Below are positions 13,801 to 28,500 of a stretch of DNA of 64,000 nt, in pieces. How positions within the stretch are numbered: the first letter of the stretch is position 1; each line of letters opens with the position of its first letter. The position numbers and the translations under genes are program-made. Source of the DNA: Phoronis australis (taxonomy: Eukaryota > Animalia > Phoronida). The DNA is taken from positions 1,603,048-1,667,047 of the forward strand of contig NMRA01000005.1 in NCBI GenBank assembly GCA_002633005.1, written 5' to 3'. Below the pieces are notes generated by a model, which worked only from the letters and a program-made list of their open reading frames with translations, was not told where the DNA came from and searched no databases.

Positions 13801-16800
13801 GGGGCATTTTCAGGAGTTGCGACAGTCCATTCGCCCTCATTTGACTCCTACCAAAACCAGATGATCAGAAGGTAGCTTCTGCACATGCATCGTAGTCGGG
13901 CCCTGCCAAATTATTCTGACTACTTTCTATTTACTACTGGTTGTACTTTGATCTGCGATTTCAGATTTTTACCAGGTCGTCAAACAAAATCTAAGGTCAC
14001 ATTTGCGACCCTGGAATGGATGACTGCAGAACTGCATAATTAGATAACGTGACAATAGGAATGCATTTGTCATAAAACTGTCGAAGCGGTCTGAGTTCTC
14101 CATCTTCATACTTACCATCAGTATCTTTCAACGACAATGTTGTTTCACCCAAGCACCGCACCATCCAAAATGTTCTAACTTGCACTGTGATTTGTGTTTG
14201 TGTCGGTTAGTGACCCACAATTTAGCGTTTTATTTTCAAAAAGTCAGCTTCGTAATAACACCACATAAACAAAATCATTTTAAAAATTTGAAGAGAGATA
14301 TTGTTTGGGTTACTTAGGGTATGCTTTTACTTGTTAGCATTAAATTCACCAGACACACAAACAGTAAATAGTTTGCAGGATGGATTTCACAAGACATAAT
14401 TCAACTACAGCAGAAAACCTCACCCCTTCTCTCTCTGTTTCAGCCAACTGCAGAGAGCCACGTAACTCATACAAGGTGTCACCACCCCACATAGCACCAA
14501 TGAATGCACCGTCAGTTTTAAGGGCACAGTTCACTTGAAACATACAGCTGGGCAGGTCATTCACCCAATGCAGGCTGCAACAGACGAGCCTCGTGGTTAC
14601 ACTGGCCAGGCCATACGAAACTCAACAGTAATTGAGTGTTCTTTTTACCAAGTTCTAATACAAAAACTAGTACATCCATCAAGTCTTTGTGTGGTAACTC
14701 CCTCTAGTGATCGATGACAGAAATAGTCTTACTTTAGACTGACACAAATACATTTGTGACCTGCAATAAAATCTGTCAGTATTTACTGGATGACGTAAAA
14801 GACATGCGTTATCTTTGTGGCAAATATATTACATTACGGTTTTTAATAGATAAGGTACTCCTGGATAAATGAGAAACTATGATTTCTGTAGTGTGCCAAA
14901 TAGTCTACCCAATGTTTTACCTCAGACTACTGATCACCAGATCAAATGTATTGGGTTCAAATGGAAGGCGTTCTTCATCAGCCACAAGTTTAATAGTTTC
15001 AACCTCAGGAGAAGTCTGTGCTTGCTCCTGAAATGAACATGCTAACAACTTTTCATTCATAGAAAGTATTCAAAATTTAAGCTTTGAGGGTGAGGACGGG
15101 ATACAAACTACTGGAATGAGTAACTGAATATTCATTACATGGTGTTCATGAACAACAACCTCTCATCTTTTTAACATTCTAAATAAATTGAGAACAAGGA
15201 CCAGATTATCACCAAGGGGTATATGGGGGCTATAGAGCCCACACGATCACCTAAGTGAATGCATTCAAAAAAGTTGTTGGACCGTGGCCCCACTAGCACC
15301 ACCTAACAAATTTTTAGTGACATATTGCAAAGTTTTTCCAGACACCACAGTGATAATACTAGTATAATAAATGGTGAAAGCAAAACAGTACTGCAAAATC
15401 GAAAATCACACAGAATATGGTGGCCAAGTAAAATCTTAGTTTCAGTCTCTATTTTCATGAAAGATATGAACCACCAAAGTCATGATACAAGCACAAAATA
15501 CTAATTTATTTTAACAATCTTCCTACTTTTACAGGCACAGGGTGAACCAATATCCGATAATATCCAAATTTTGCACAATATTTTTCTATACTGGATGTAA
15601 TTGATCTTAGCCAGACTTGTCAATCTGCCAGTGTCAAGTCCACAAGGTACGTTGTACTTGGACACAGAGTTGCAAGGGATGACACCAATTAAGACATCTT
15701 GGTCTTATGGGTGTCAATCGGTTATTAAACTGGCTTTGAATTTTCATTTGAAAATGATGAAAACAGTATAGTGTGAAGCTTTAGGCAATATGCTCGGGTC
15801 TACTGGTATTTGTACATACTAAAATGGATGTAAACCCACCCCCATCTGCAAATGATGTCCGCTCAGCTACAGTTTCGATACTGCTTGTGGGCACACGGGA
15901 TTCTCCATAAATTTGTTTGAAAATTACTGTGAAGGAACAGTAAAGAATTGGTATCTAGGACAAACACCATCTCGCATTAATTACCACTATAAACATTTAT
16001 TATTATAACTAGGTAAATAATAATTACAAGCAATTAATCATACAACCTAAAACAGAAAATCATCAACTTACAAGAACATCTTCTGCCATGTCAGTCATGT
16101 ATAACTTTCCCACCATATCACTTAGGATGTGTTTGGAAACATGCCCTCTTCCACAGCCAAGATCTAAAGCTGTGTCAAATTTTCTAAAAAAAAACATTTC
16201 AAAGGAAACTGAAATACAACTGGTTATTCAAATCTGGTTGCTACCGTGTTATTTCGATTCATTATTCAATCAGACAAACATCATGGTTGCATGAAATTAT
16301 GCAATTTTACAACAAAATGGTTTTTAGAATCATGGGAGAAATATTTCATCAACCTACAAGTACAGTACCATGAACTGGGTTGATGCTACTATCTTTCACT
16401 ACCAAGTCATTGCAAAAATACTTGGCAACAGAGCGTTACTTACATTCCACAAGGTATCCCAGAACAGTATTGTAATTTCAATATCGGGTGTTAGTCATCA
16501 TGTTCTTTTCCTTTGTTCGACTATAAATGGTGGGAGAAATTTGCTCTCATATCATTGAAAATAAATTAATTATACTCCAGATAAGTTGATTTGGTTACAG
16601 GGGAGCTTCGGTTGCAAGGAACATAAAAATCTTTGGAATGTGTCGTTACAAAATTTGATTATTGTGTATATTATATAACAGTAGTTGTAGATTTACTGCC
16701 TTCAACAAAAGGCCAAAGAGAGATGATTCATAAATTTCTTTAGTTTTAAACACTTTGTAATTCTTTCATAAAATTCCAATAACTTTTTGCACTCTTTAAT

Positions 16801-17355
16801 GATGTGAAATGCGCATGGAATATTCCTGTCATGACCTCACCTCTTGACCCCCTCCGTCGATGACACCAGTTTTCCCACCCCTTCTAATAAACACTATATG
16901 ACCATGAAATCTGGCAATCTCGCTAGTGCAACTAACACTACTTAAAAATTCAGTTATGTATGACAGAACCCGAAACTGTCTAGTAGAAGTACATTTTTGT
17001 TTGTAGTCAAATTGGAGAATAGTAAATAATTTCACAGTAAAGCACACCTTTTTACATCACAAATTCTGTCACTGATTCTGTAGCCGACTTCTTCTTTTAG
17101 ATAATCGTACACATCATAGTCATCTAAAAATGCTGTCCTGTTTCGCTGAATTCTCTTTGCATTTCTATCAAATACGTTCATCGGCGAATCATTCGTCGTG
17201 ACTGAACTTTTGCGCCTTGCACAGACACAGTTCGCCAGGCCAAGACGGGTTTCTTGTCTCAAAAAGTGATCGATTGCTCTCGATTGCTGCCATGCAGCAC
17301 TTAAAATACAGCCTTGGAGCCTCAGAAGACGATGTATATGAATACTTCCGACCAT
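7893..17355 (-). CDS. NDUFAF5: Arginine-hydroxylase NDUFAF5, mitochondrial complex I assembly factor (SAM-methyltransferase fold), ~362 aa, 8 exons
   Basis: Exons 17355-17048, 16183-16072, 15027-14921, 14574-14424, 12846-12699 (identical copy 11331-11184), 10102-10019, 9316-9234, 7988-7893. All GT-AG with consistent phases. Motifs [72 protein letters not shown]. Confidence 0.95.
10255..10460. repeat. Intronic minisatellite, ~39-bp unit, about 5 copies
   Basis: GATTCCCTGTCTAA.TRTAATATTCAAG repeats at ~39-bp spacing in NDUFAF5 intron 5. Confidence 0.75.
11170..14193. repeat. Near-identical 1.5-kb tandem duplication (11170-12683 and 12685-14193) joined by a single N; contains NDUFAF5 exon 5
   Basis: The copies differ only by scattered substitutions and small indels, and the junction falls exactly on the N at 12684. 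Confidence 0.92.
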
Positions 17356-17510
17356 TTTAAACGAACTAGTGTTTTCAACAAGGGAAACTTTACATATTAT
17401 CTCACACACCGAGTTGACACAGGTAGGAAGGCGCCATATTTGTTTATTCCGGATGTATTACTAATGACATCTGGTGGATGGACCGAGCGTGGATCCCCAG
17501 GGGTGGAGTT

Positions 17511-17933
17511 CAGTGACCAGTTGCATGCAATAGGGACTCAACTACGGTCCTAAGTCTTTTTGCATATTTGTGTCTGTATGGACTCACAGATGGAATATTT
17601 TCTATCGTTTTATCTTTATTATGGGCTCCTCTTTGACTAATGATATTTTCTAAGGCTATAACTAAAATCCGAACCCTTTTCATAGGGACTAAAGGCGTTG
17701 CATGAAAAGGCCCCAACTTATTTTTGATGATATTGAGAATTCAACGTAGACATCACTCTCGCTTTGTATCAAAGCCAAAATTGACCTAATAATGAAACTT
17801 ACTAAAACAGTATAAAAAAGGACATTCAATGAGTGAGTTTAGTCACAGACAAGTCCACAGGCAAGCATGCATTAGAATTCAGGGACCTCAGCCGAATCCC
17901 TATTTGGGGACTGTTTCATGCAACCGGGCACAG
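17511..17933. mobile_element. MITE-like element, copy A (just upstream of NDUFAF5)
   Basis: Imperfect TIRs CAGTGACCAGTTGCATG...CATGCAACCGGGCACAG. The interior is colinear with 19473-19911. Confidence 0.7.
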
Positions 17934-19472
17934 AACGCCAACCGACCGCTTGAGGACCTCGCTAAAAAGCAATAGACTTCGCGATATTTCGAGAGATATT
18001 TCCGTGTATTTAACTGAATGAGAACAAATGATTTTGGCTTGATTTTTTTGGCCGCCAGCTACTGAACGCTACCCGGCTCTCTCACATGACCACAGGGCAC
18101 TGCAGTCAGTGCGTGCAGAAGTTTGGTGACGCCCGGGACAATTTCTTCAATGGATTCCCCCTCTACTGAAAATGAGTAAAAAATGAAACATAAATGATAA
18201 AATAGAAAGTCTGAATTCAACTCCAAACCATTCGCAATTTCAAAAAGTGGATGCCACGACACAGTGCCCGGGCTGGCCCCGTTGGGCCCCCGGCGTCGAT
18301 GTCCGTCGGCCGCCTCAGGTCTGCACGCTACTGGTGCAGTGTACTGACTCAGAGCTAGCAAAGGTTGCCACAACTGGGCTGGTTCAGTCCATTCGTGACT
18401 CTCGTACCTAGCCGAAAGATTTTTCTTTTCGCTTATTCACTAGAAAACAGAAAGGGTCTTTTGTCAATAGAAAGATCGCTGACTAAAAATACTAAGCGGC
18501 ATAGGCGTTCTCGTGCAAAGGGTGTTGAGTCCAACTTGTTCGGTTGTATGGCACAACAACAAGCTCAGTGGGCGGATGACCGCTGCAGCTTACAGGACTG
18601 ATTAAGCTCATTCATTTAGGGTTGGAGGGGCCGTCAGCTCTGTTTTGTTCGATAGGCCCCTAATCTCCGATAACATCTGGTCAGGCTGTGCTGTAATAAA
18701 AGTTAAGTTATAAAATGTTTGAACATAAACCAATTTCTGAATTCATCGTCAAATGCGGATCCTAATTAGTTTTTGAATCACAAAAATCGCCCAACTACAA
18801 CCGAAGTTAAGAAAATCTATTTTGTCAGAACGTACATACCAACGCACTCGGGCGTTGGATTCGTCTGTGTTCACGCGTGCTCGGTAATAAGCCTAGTAGA
18901 TAATTGTGGCCTGCATGTTGTCATACCAGACAACAAACTGTCTTCGGCAGTTAACAAATGAGCTAGAAGTTATCAAACGCTAAATGTTAACAACCGCTCT
19001 AGGCCTGTAGGCTGGTAAAGTCCGCACTCAACGGGAGAACGCCCTAAATTGAATTTTACTTAACAGAATTTTACTTTGCCGGGCGGCGATTTACCCTGAG
19101 AAGGCTTTTAATTTTTCAATCAACTTAGTTACCATACGTCATTTGCTGGCCATACCAATGCTGTTGTCAATATGTGAAATTTAAAATTTGAATTTTTATT
19201 TTCAAAGTTTAAAAACTTGAAAAATATTGATCCGTCAAGTGTGGACAGTGATAACGAGGAAGGATAAGAATATAGAAAAGGAAGCATTGATTGAATTCAG
19301 CCGGGTTCGAATCGTACATGATCTTATATGTGATCATATACTATTTGGGCGCCAAGTCACTTAGCCGTTGCAGTGAACGCAAACATAGAAGCGAGGCCAC
19401 TGAATGATTTTATGACACCCACTGGCAGGTAGTAATTAGTGGCCTGGCAAAGCGTGCCGTTTCTGTGTATTC

Positions 19473-19911
19473 CAGTGCACGGTTTCATGAAACAGTCTCA
19501 AGTAGGGACTCAACTAAGTTCCCTAAATGTTTTGCAAATTTGTTTCGTTCTTAACTCACAGATATAATAGTTATCTATCATTATATCTTCATTATGAGCT
19601 CTTCTTTGACTAATTGCATTTTCTAATAATGTAAGTAAAAACTGAGCTCTTAAATTCAGTTGAAGTAATCAGGAACTTCAAATTAGAGGCGTTACATGAA
19701 AAGATCCCTACTTATTTCCAATAATATTGAGAACTCAACGCAGAGTTCACTCTCAATTGTATACAAAGTCAAAAATTGACTTGAAACTCAAACAGCATAA
19801 GAAAGGACAATTAGTATTTCGACAATGAGCCCACACTATACCGGGTACGCAGTAGATTTAGGGATCTTAGCTGAGTCCCCATTTGGGACTGTTTCATGCA
19901 ACCAGGCACTG
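19473..19911. mobile_element. MITE-like element, copy B, ~40-bp imperfect TIRs, possible 3-bp TSD (TTC)
   Basis: CAGTGCACGGTTTCATGAAACAGTCTCAAGTAGGGACTCAACT ... AGCTGAGTCCCCATTTGGGACTGTTTCATGCAACCAGGCACTG, with TTC on both flanks. Confidence 0.75.
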
Positions 19912-22900
19912 TTCCCGTTGCTTTTGTGCACTTTTTACGCACTATTTCGCAACAGAAATGGAATCGCAAAGGTCAAGTACTCATGCACACCTACATCAAG
20001 AACTGGAAGGGAACATTGATACCAAGGCACGGAGTCGGACGACGCCCATTGTCCGAGTCTCCAGTGTCATTTCACTCTTGTGCCTTATATGCAATACTAT
20101 GACTCCATTAATATCATGTAGGACTTCATCGGTACATCAGTGTTGTTAAATAACCAAGAAACTGTAGACTTCAACCGAGTAAATACATGTTTCAGAAATT
20201 AGAAAGCTCGCTCGCAGAATTCGAATTTTGACGTTCTACCAACAAAGTGATCTGACAGTAAATGGGTCACGTGATCATGTCTTTTAATAAAATTTAGCAA
20301 AAACAGAAAGTATGTCGACTGCACAAAAACCATATCAGTAACGCTACTAAATTTCATTTAATATAAATGTTCAAAAACGCCGTTGCCTAAAATATCTTTT
20401 CTCTTTCATTTTATACAACTTGAATTTTTTCATAAAAACCATGCCCGTCTTATTTTTTGATAGTGGCCCCTCATGCCAAAACTGAAAAAAGTGGAAACCC
20501 TTCCTGACAGCATATAAACTTGATCAGATTTTTCTGACCTTTGATGTTCCAAAGTTTGTCCAGTTTTTCAGGGTCCTTCACAGGCTTAATCGTGTACTTG
20601 CATGCACCTAACCATGTTAATGTATAGCAGGAACTAAACGACAATTGACACTATTTGAATATCATCTACACTAAACAGAGTGCAGTTGTATTCATTGACA
20701 ACTTGTAAGATGTGAAAACAAAAAATTCTGCAAATAGATCTTTGTTCAAATGACGTACAGTGGAGCTCACATAACCCGCATCACACAGAATTATTCCCCA
20801 ACATCACATCACGATACTTACTGGACACGGTTAAGTGATTTACGGCAGATCATTTTCCACACAAAACCCGGTCTTAAAAACATTTGGCAATTTTCAACGT
20901 AATTCATAATCACGTCGTTATGTCGTGTTTCTAACTAATTTGACCAATTAATCACAGAGATAAGTAATAAGCCTGAAAGTTCCATTTTAACACCCAGGCA
21001 CCCAAAATCAGCAACATAGGATTGATGAAAAAGTCATGTCAGAAGCTGGCATCCATTGTCAAACTACTTATAGTGATCCTCCTTTGAACCTTGGGGTGTT
21101 TACAAATAGAAATATGCACCATTACCATGGCAACCAGGTGTTTTGCCAGCCAAAATCAGCAATTATAAGGGAAAAAGAGCAAAAGCTGAGCAGTCAATGT
21201 GAACTTAATATAATTTATGAGCAGATGGTCAAGGTCTAAGCGATTGTCTACGAAAATTAACAGCTTATTTCCTTTGTCTTGAGCTGTAAATAACTAATTT
21301 TTGCTGTTCAATGATGGATTTAGCTTTATAGATGGCAGTATATAAAATGGGCAAGAAAGAATATTGCCAAGCAGGTAGTAGTTATCACCAATACCTAACT
21401 CTGTTCACTAATCCCTAAACAAAAGAAACTGATCACAAAAATCCAAACAATGTGCTAAGTGCCTATTGTATCCCAACTGGTAAGAGACCTTCATAGTTGA
21501 AGGCTTGATATGTGATGTAGCGCGCAATGTAGTTAAATATTCATTGGACAATAAAGATGGTAATAATAGCGCTTCATCTTGTTTTTATTGGAAATAAATT
21601 AAACTTTTTGCCAACACACTTCAACCTCAGTTTCCCTCACTGATTGCTTCGGTAATGAATAATTCTAGACAAGATTTTGGAAATTTCTACTCTTCCTCGA
21701 ATATTTCAGCCGTACCTTAGGCTGAGTACAAACAGAACATACACTCCCCGCAAGGGACATGTCTTACATGTTTTATCACAGGCTGCAATGCAGTAGGTAA
21801 AGGTGAGAAAAAGTAAACAATCATTTGACAAGAAAACCTTGATAGAGAACATATTTCAAATGTTCAGAACCACAAGCTCATCTTAGTAAAAATTGGAGCC
21901 AACATTCTCACCGCAGGCTACATGCCTTCTCATATACATGTAGGCATACTTGGCCTGCATTCTTTAGATCTCAGAAACTCACGAAAATGCAAGACTTCAC
22001 TGGTTATTACAAACAAAGCACATAACGACACTAACTCCACTCTAGAAGTTCTTGTGTCTACAGAACGTTGTCCTGTGCTATAAATGGCATGAACTTTTCT
22101 ACCAGAGACCAAGTATTAAAGAACCTACACTTTCATTATTTAGCAATGCATCCCTTCTAAAACACAACACGCGAGTTTCATATGGTTATCACTGTCAATG
22201 TTGTAAGGCAGAATTGAACTATAAGATACAGAGCAGGCAAATTTATCAAAGCTTGAAATCCAATCATAAATTAAAGATGGTCGTGGGCACATAACTAAAC
22301 ATGAAACAGCATATTGTAGAAGAGTAAAAATGTAGCAAATGAAGTTAGATTGTATATTTTTCATATCCAGACTCAATGCCCACCTTCACAACTCAGCTTA
22401 ATGAAGTATGCAAATCAAAACCAATGCTGCACCAGTCTTAACCAAGACTGAGCTTACGAGTTCAGATCAATATGATCCCAAGTTAATAATCATCCTAACA
22501 AGAAGTCCTGGTGACAGCATGTATCACTACACAGGTCACACATGGATCCATTTCTTAACAACACCTCCTAGATGACTTCTTGGCGACGATGTTCTCGACA
22601 TGACACTCCACAGCATTGAACAAGAGCTGCAAGTAAACAAAGCATGTTATTAAAAAAACTTAACCAGGTTGATTCAAGAAGTCGTAAAATGTGGTTAAAA
22701 ACCTTACTGCAAGTTGCACTTCCAGAATGTAAAACCCACTTACTAACCATTTTAAGCTCACCAAGATAACTTTCAAGTAAATTCTCGTAAGTTTATTCTA
22801 AGTCACGGCCAAAGGCTACTGTAACAATAAATTGCACTTGTGTCTAGCCCTTGAATGGCGAATGTCATATCATTTTGATGACTATTGTTACTGTGCGTCA

Positions 22901-25511
22901 ATTGGAATACAGTCATTCGAACATACACAGAGTCATACACATTAACAGGTAACAAATCAACTTATAATTGGCACTATGCCAGCAAGACTGTTCACATTGC
23001 AAAGTGTAGCAAGTCAGAAGATGTTATTTTTAATATTTAGATGGATGGGTTCTGTGCCATGAGGCAAAGAATAAAGTTCCTGCATATGTACAAGAGCAAC
23101 ATGAAGTGTCGATATGCGCCCACCATGTGCCTTGCATACAGTGCAGATACAAGGTACAATGTTTATTTTTATCATTCCCAATAAAGGGAACAATGCTAGT
23201 AAACTTAACATAGCTTCTCAGGAAGCAATGTAAGTCAATAATGCTCTACTCAACAAGAACACAGCTGTCACCTGTGCATTTAATGAATGTCTCCAAGAGG
23301 GGTTGCTGCCAAATTATTGGATTATACAGAGGTGCATAAAAATATCACTTCACTGTATGACTATATATTACCACATAAATAACCCAATCTGTCAAAACTG
23401 GACGGTAAAGGAGCTGAATATTTTTATCCATAACTTCTCACACAAGACTTGTCAGAGAAATCCTCAAGATATGATTATTCTGTGCAACATTTCACATCAA
23501 CCAGCAAAGAAACAAACTGATGCATCTCACAGCGAATAAAATGAAAATGAATGATCTTTTCCCCAGTTGGCACTACAACTTCTTTTCAATTTATTTTCAG
23601 TGAAAACTGGATGCGTTTGTTAGCTTGAGAACGTAAAGAACTGACACCAAATACAGTTTACGTACACTTAGAGAAGATTGTTCATAACTTACACAACGTG
23701 TTTTAACCTCCTAGTGTTATCTGCCCTGCTCCAGGGTCACGGTTGACTCATTCGTGGCTGCTAAACCCAGCATTGCTAACTTTTTAACCTAGAAGAAGAA
23801 AGTACACAAAATCTTCATTCAAAGGTCTCGCATTAATGTAATCATGATTTTAGTAAGAGCTTTACAAGCACATTATGCTATGAGCAGTTTACCATGAAAA
23901 ATCAAAAATTTCTTGTCACTGTTTTAAAGAGGCATGGAACGCAAAAACCCCAAAAAAGCCATTATCTGTTTAAAAACAGATCGTGGCCAATCTACTTCAC
24001 GGGGATGCTAACGTTAGAGTTATTCACTTTGAATATTGCAAGAATTTTTAGAAGAAAATCTTCAGGTTCCCTATTTGTAAAACAGAGACGAAATATAAAC
24101 TCATTCCAATACAGTTTCAAATTCTCTGCCTCCCTACTGCTTGAAATCACCATTGTTTTGTTTACATCAAAGGTCACATTTTGCCTACAAGGGAAACGTG
24201 CAACGTCTGTGTCTCGCCTTACCAAATAAGGAGATGTGCTTTGTCTCGTTGAAGAAGTGAACAGTAGTTGACAGGTCATTTTTTTAATTTGAAACCAAAG
24301 ATAAAATACATTGACATCAACAGAAATGATGAACAGTTTGACTTTTGTTTCAGTGACAGAGAACTACACTGAATAATATAATTTAGTCTCTTTTCGCATT
24401 ACAGGCTTCTTAAAAAAGCAATTTGTCAAGAGTTCAATTTATGCAATTCAAAATGTGTGTGTGTAACTACATAAGCTTACCATCTATATTCAATCACATT
24501 TCTGCGCACTGAGGAGAGCTACAAGGTGAAATTCCCAATTTAGATATCTTTAATTCTTGACATATTCTCAATGTCACAATACCTTTTGTTTCGCCAGTCG
24601 TAAGGAAAAATTTGCAGTGATGGTGGTCAGAAATTGTTTGCATGTTGTTCACAACATTATGGTAACTTTCCACCTACTTCGTATAAAATAATGGCCAAAT
24701 TGTAACTTGTCTAATTTTCAATGGCTAATTATCTTCCTGCAAATTTAGAATATACACCAAATGTTTTTTTAACACCTACATAGTATAAATTAAGGTAAAA
24801 ATGAACTAAAGTTTTCATAATCTTTATTTTTATAGTAGAATATAAAAAAGTGAAATTTCACTTGTTCAAGTGCTAAATATATGAAGAACCAACGTAATTA
24901 GCTGATGAGAAGTTATGTCTTAATTTTTTCAATCAATAGTTCACATTTGACATACGGACGGCAGTATCAAAAAATAACCAATTTAATTTATGAAAGGATG
25001 GTGCGCAAAATGGAAAAAATAAGATACCGTAAAAGATTGCCCTTTTCTCATTTTTCAAGGTCTTCTTCCATTGTTGAAAGTGCCCAGAAGTTTCCAAAAT
25101 TTTTTGCGATGGTAGATATCTTACAACTGACCATTGTAAAGCATTAAAATTTACTTTATATACTAATCTTGTATGAATAAAATAAGGATATGAAATTTCA
25201 GCTGTCAAAATTTTGTATGATGGTAGATATCATACAGAACTTGAACATGGCAAAGCATTAAATTGGTGCAATTATAAGACAAAAACAAGAAAATAAGATT
25301 TCAACCGTCACCCATTTTGTGTCATAACTTTTTGGTATTTCAACAATGACATCATTACTGTGAGTCGTTTGACCAAACGATCATGCCCCATACGAAATAA
25401 CTATCAAAAAACGTAAAGAGCTAATTATGCAAATTCAATGCTTAGACAGTGCAGACATGCTTTATTTAATTTCAGTAGAGTAAGGACACAGTAACTTCAT
25501 CACAACACACC

Positions 25512-28500
25512 TCAGTTGACTTCATCGTTAACACTGTCATACCTGTCTTCCAAATCACACATTACACCTTGCATTGTAATGGACACTCCTGCCCTCTCTG
25601 GAGCAAGCCGTGAAATGCTGGCCTAAAACACATTCAACAACCACTCATTAGAACACGAATTTCTCAACTTACAAATAAACAAGAGGTACGATGTCATAAA
25701 CTATGTATAAAGTGTCTAGTGAACAAAAGCCATCCATTCTTATACAAACATGACAGGAAGATAATTAAGAAAATGACATTTAAGGCACAAAATATCATTC
25801 TAGTGTGTTTCTAACATGTTCAAGGCAGAATATGAAACTTGAAAAACATGGGAAAAATAAACGTCCTTACTTTCCCAAAGCAGTGATACGCAATGCAAAT
25901 TAAATTTCAACCTAACAAAACTAGTTCTTTAGAATGATTTTGTTATCAGCTACCTAATTGGCTTGAAAATGATTTGACTTCAAAGTACATTGTTAAAAAA
26001 GCACAAGACAAAAAACTTCCCTCTTAACACTATAACAATAAGCAGATTCTTACATAAAAGCAAAAACAAAGAAATTGGTTAATGTGATTTTAACACAGTT
26101 AGGGCGAAAATTCAAAATTATTACAATTAAACTTCCGGAAATTATCAAATTGTTCCGTAATATTTGACAATTAAGAAATTTACAATAATTATGTGTCTAA
26201 ACTGATGGGAATGCTTTCTTTAAGAGAAAATTTCACAATTCACTGTAAAACAACGAATGAAGTAAGTTCAGCATACCAGCCAAAGTGTAGGCACTTTATC
26301 TCACAGAGAGCTAGTTCACTGTCTAATGGACAAACCTTGGCGTGTATATCACTTGATGCCATGTAACCTATGCACATACTCTGTGTACTGTGACCCCAGA
26401 CTAGTTCTGCTTTACCAGGTGTGTCGAGGCGCACAGCTAGAACTCCTGCATAACGTTTGGAAACTCCTTGCAAAAACCTGGAAGCTGAAAATGTTTACTC
26501 CATTACAAACAATGAAAAATGACGTGACATGGTAACAGATTAGTTACTTCCACCAAAAACACCACTCATTACCTCCACCAAGGAAATAATTCATGTTCGG
26601 CATATGTCCCGAGTAAAATACACGCGTCACAAATTTGTTACCAGAGATGAAAAGGAGACCGAGTATGACAAAATAAGGTCATTTATCAAATGGTAGAATA
26701 CAAATACAAAGAATACGGGTGAAAATAAGATACAATACATAAAATATAATCTATGGTAAGATGGGCAATAAAACGCACAACACAGAAGAACGAGAATGTG
26801 CCAAAAGTGATGAGAGGTAGCGGGTGGGTAAACATGACATGTTTAGACAATAAATCTATGTAGCTGACACAAGGCAATAGAACTGAAACATGTGAAATAC
26901 AAAAAAGGACAGTCATCACCCTGTAAGAGTTGGGAGCTGACCAAACTCAAGGCACATGATAACATAGACCAGTTAGAAGGCAGGGAATAAATGTTGTGTA
27001 CCCTTGCACAAAAGATAAGTGACCCAGTTTGAATTGAGGAAAAAGAGGGGTGTAAAATAGAGTCTCTATGCTCACATAAATATATTTTAACAAGTGAAAT
27101 ACCATTTATGTTCGGCATACGTCCCGAGTACAATACGTTATTGCTTATTTCATTTTCTTACTCGTTTCTGCTAAGAACTGCAATAGGTAATGTACGTTTT
27201 TTTTGCAATCCAGGATTAAGACTTTTGCACAGCTTAGGGCACAATGGGCAAACCACAATGCTTAAACAGAGTTCTAAACTATTTGAGTGCTATCCAGTTG
27301 TGACGTAATTGGACAACAAGAGACATTTCCATTATAATAGTTATCTAAGGCTGCGTTACTTGAAGAATCACAATAATTATGTACGAAAAGCACATAAAAT
27401 CTTACTAAGGAAGTCATCTTTGAAAGACTTGCTTAAGCCTAAAGATGAACTTTCAGCAATTTGAATCTGCTGTGCACAAGTTTTGGCAAGTAAGGTCTTA
27501 AGTATGTGTTCCCCACAGCCAGAAGTGGACACAGCAATCCCAGGTAGACAGTCACTCATGTTATCAGCCCAACAGCCACTACCATAACAACCAGCCTGAA
27601 ATAATTAATAGTGACCAAATGAAAAAACAGCCTGAAATAACCAATACACAACCCCCAAATACAAAAGATGATATCAGAGAACATTTCAAAAAGCAAGAGT
27701 CTTTCACATTGGCGAGAAACAGAACATCACAATACAGCAATACAAGGTTCTGGCTTGTGTTTTACGTGAACACAGATTAACTCACCAACCAAGAATAGAC
27801 GTTGCTGAAAGTGACAGGTTGGCTGAATTTATTTATGTGATTTAAGGGAATGTATTCAAAAGCTGCCTATTGCATTGCTGCCATTGGAGTTAGCTTTCCA
27901 CCCAAATTTGACAAGACTAGCAGCACATTATTTCCACTTCTAGGCCGAGGTTTTAATTTCCGAACTCTGGCTTGACTCAAGACTCGAATATTACAAATTT
28001 GTAAGCACTTGTTAATTTTCAAGTTGAGTTTCGAGTACAAAGTTTAGATCCAGGTATCTGATCCTTGACCTACACAAGTCATGTGTATATTATTTAAAAC
28101 GTGCTCAACTTGTAAGCTCTTGGTCTCAGAGAACACAATCCTTGTCAAGTATATTCAGCAACAGCCATGAATGAGATCCATAAGGCAAGTCTTGCAAGAC
28201 CACACAAGATCCCACTAAAAGCAAAAGATCTTGCTAGGATTTCGCGATTAAGCTTACAGTCTTACTACCATACACTAGAAAAATGGCTACCATAACAGAA
28301 CTGTACAAGAAAATACAAATGTGGATCATGCTGAATCACAGATCATTAACTGTTGGCACAGTAGAATAGAAACTGTATAAAAAGAACAGATGTTGAATGA
28401 AATTAGATATTCTTTGTAGTATTTGACCTTTTCCAGTGCATTATGAGCCTCAGTAGCGAAATAAATGTGAAGTCCAAAAGTGTTGTTCATGCTGAGAATT

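Noticed and set aside
19296-19375. GGTTCGAATC B-box-like motif suggesting a tRNA
   Set aside because: No cloverleaf can be built. At most a decayed SINE head.
23894-24279. Overlapping 111-aa and 95-aa ORFs between TASP1 and NDUFAF5 (possible ESF1 remnant)
   Set aside because: No recognisable similarity or exon structure.
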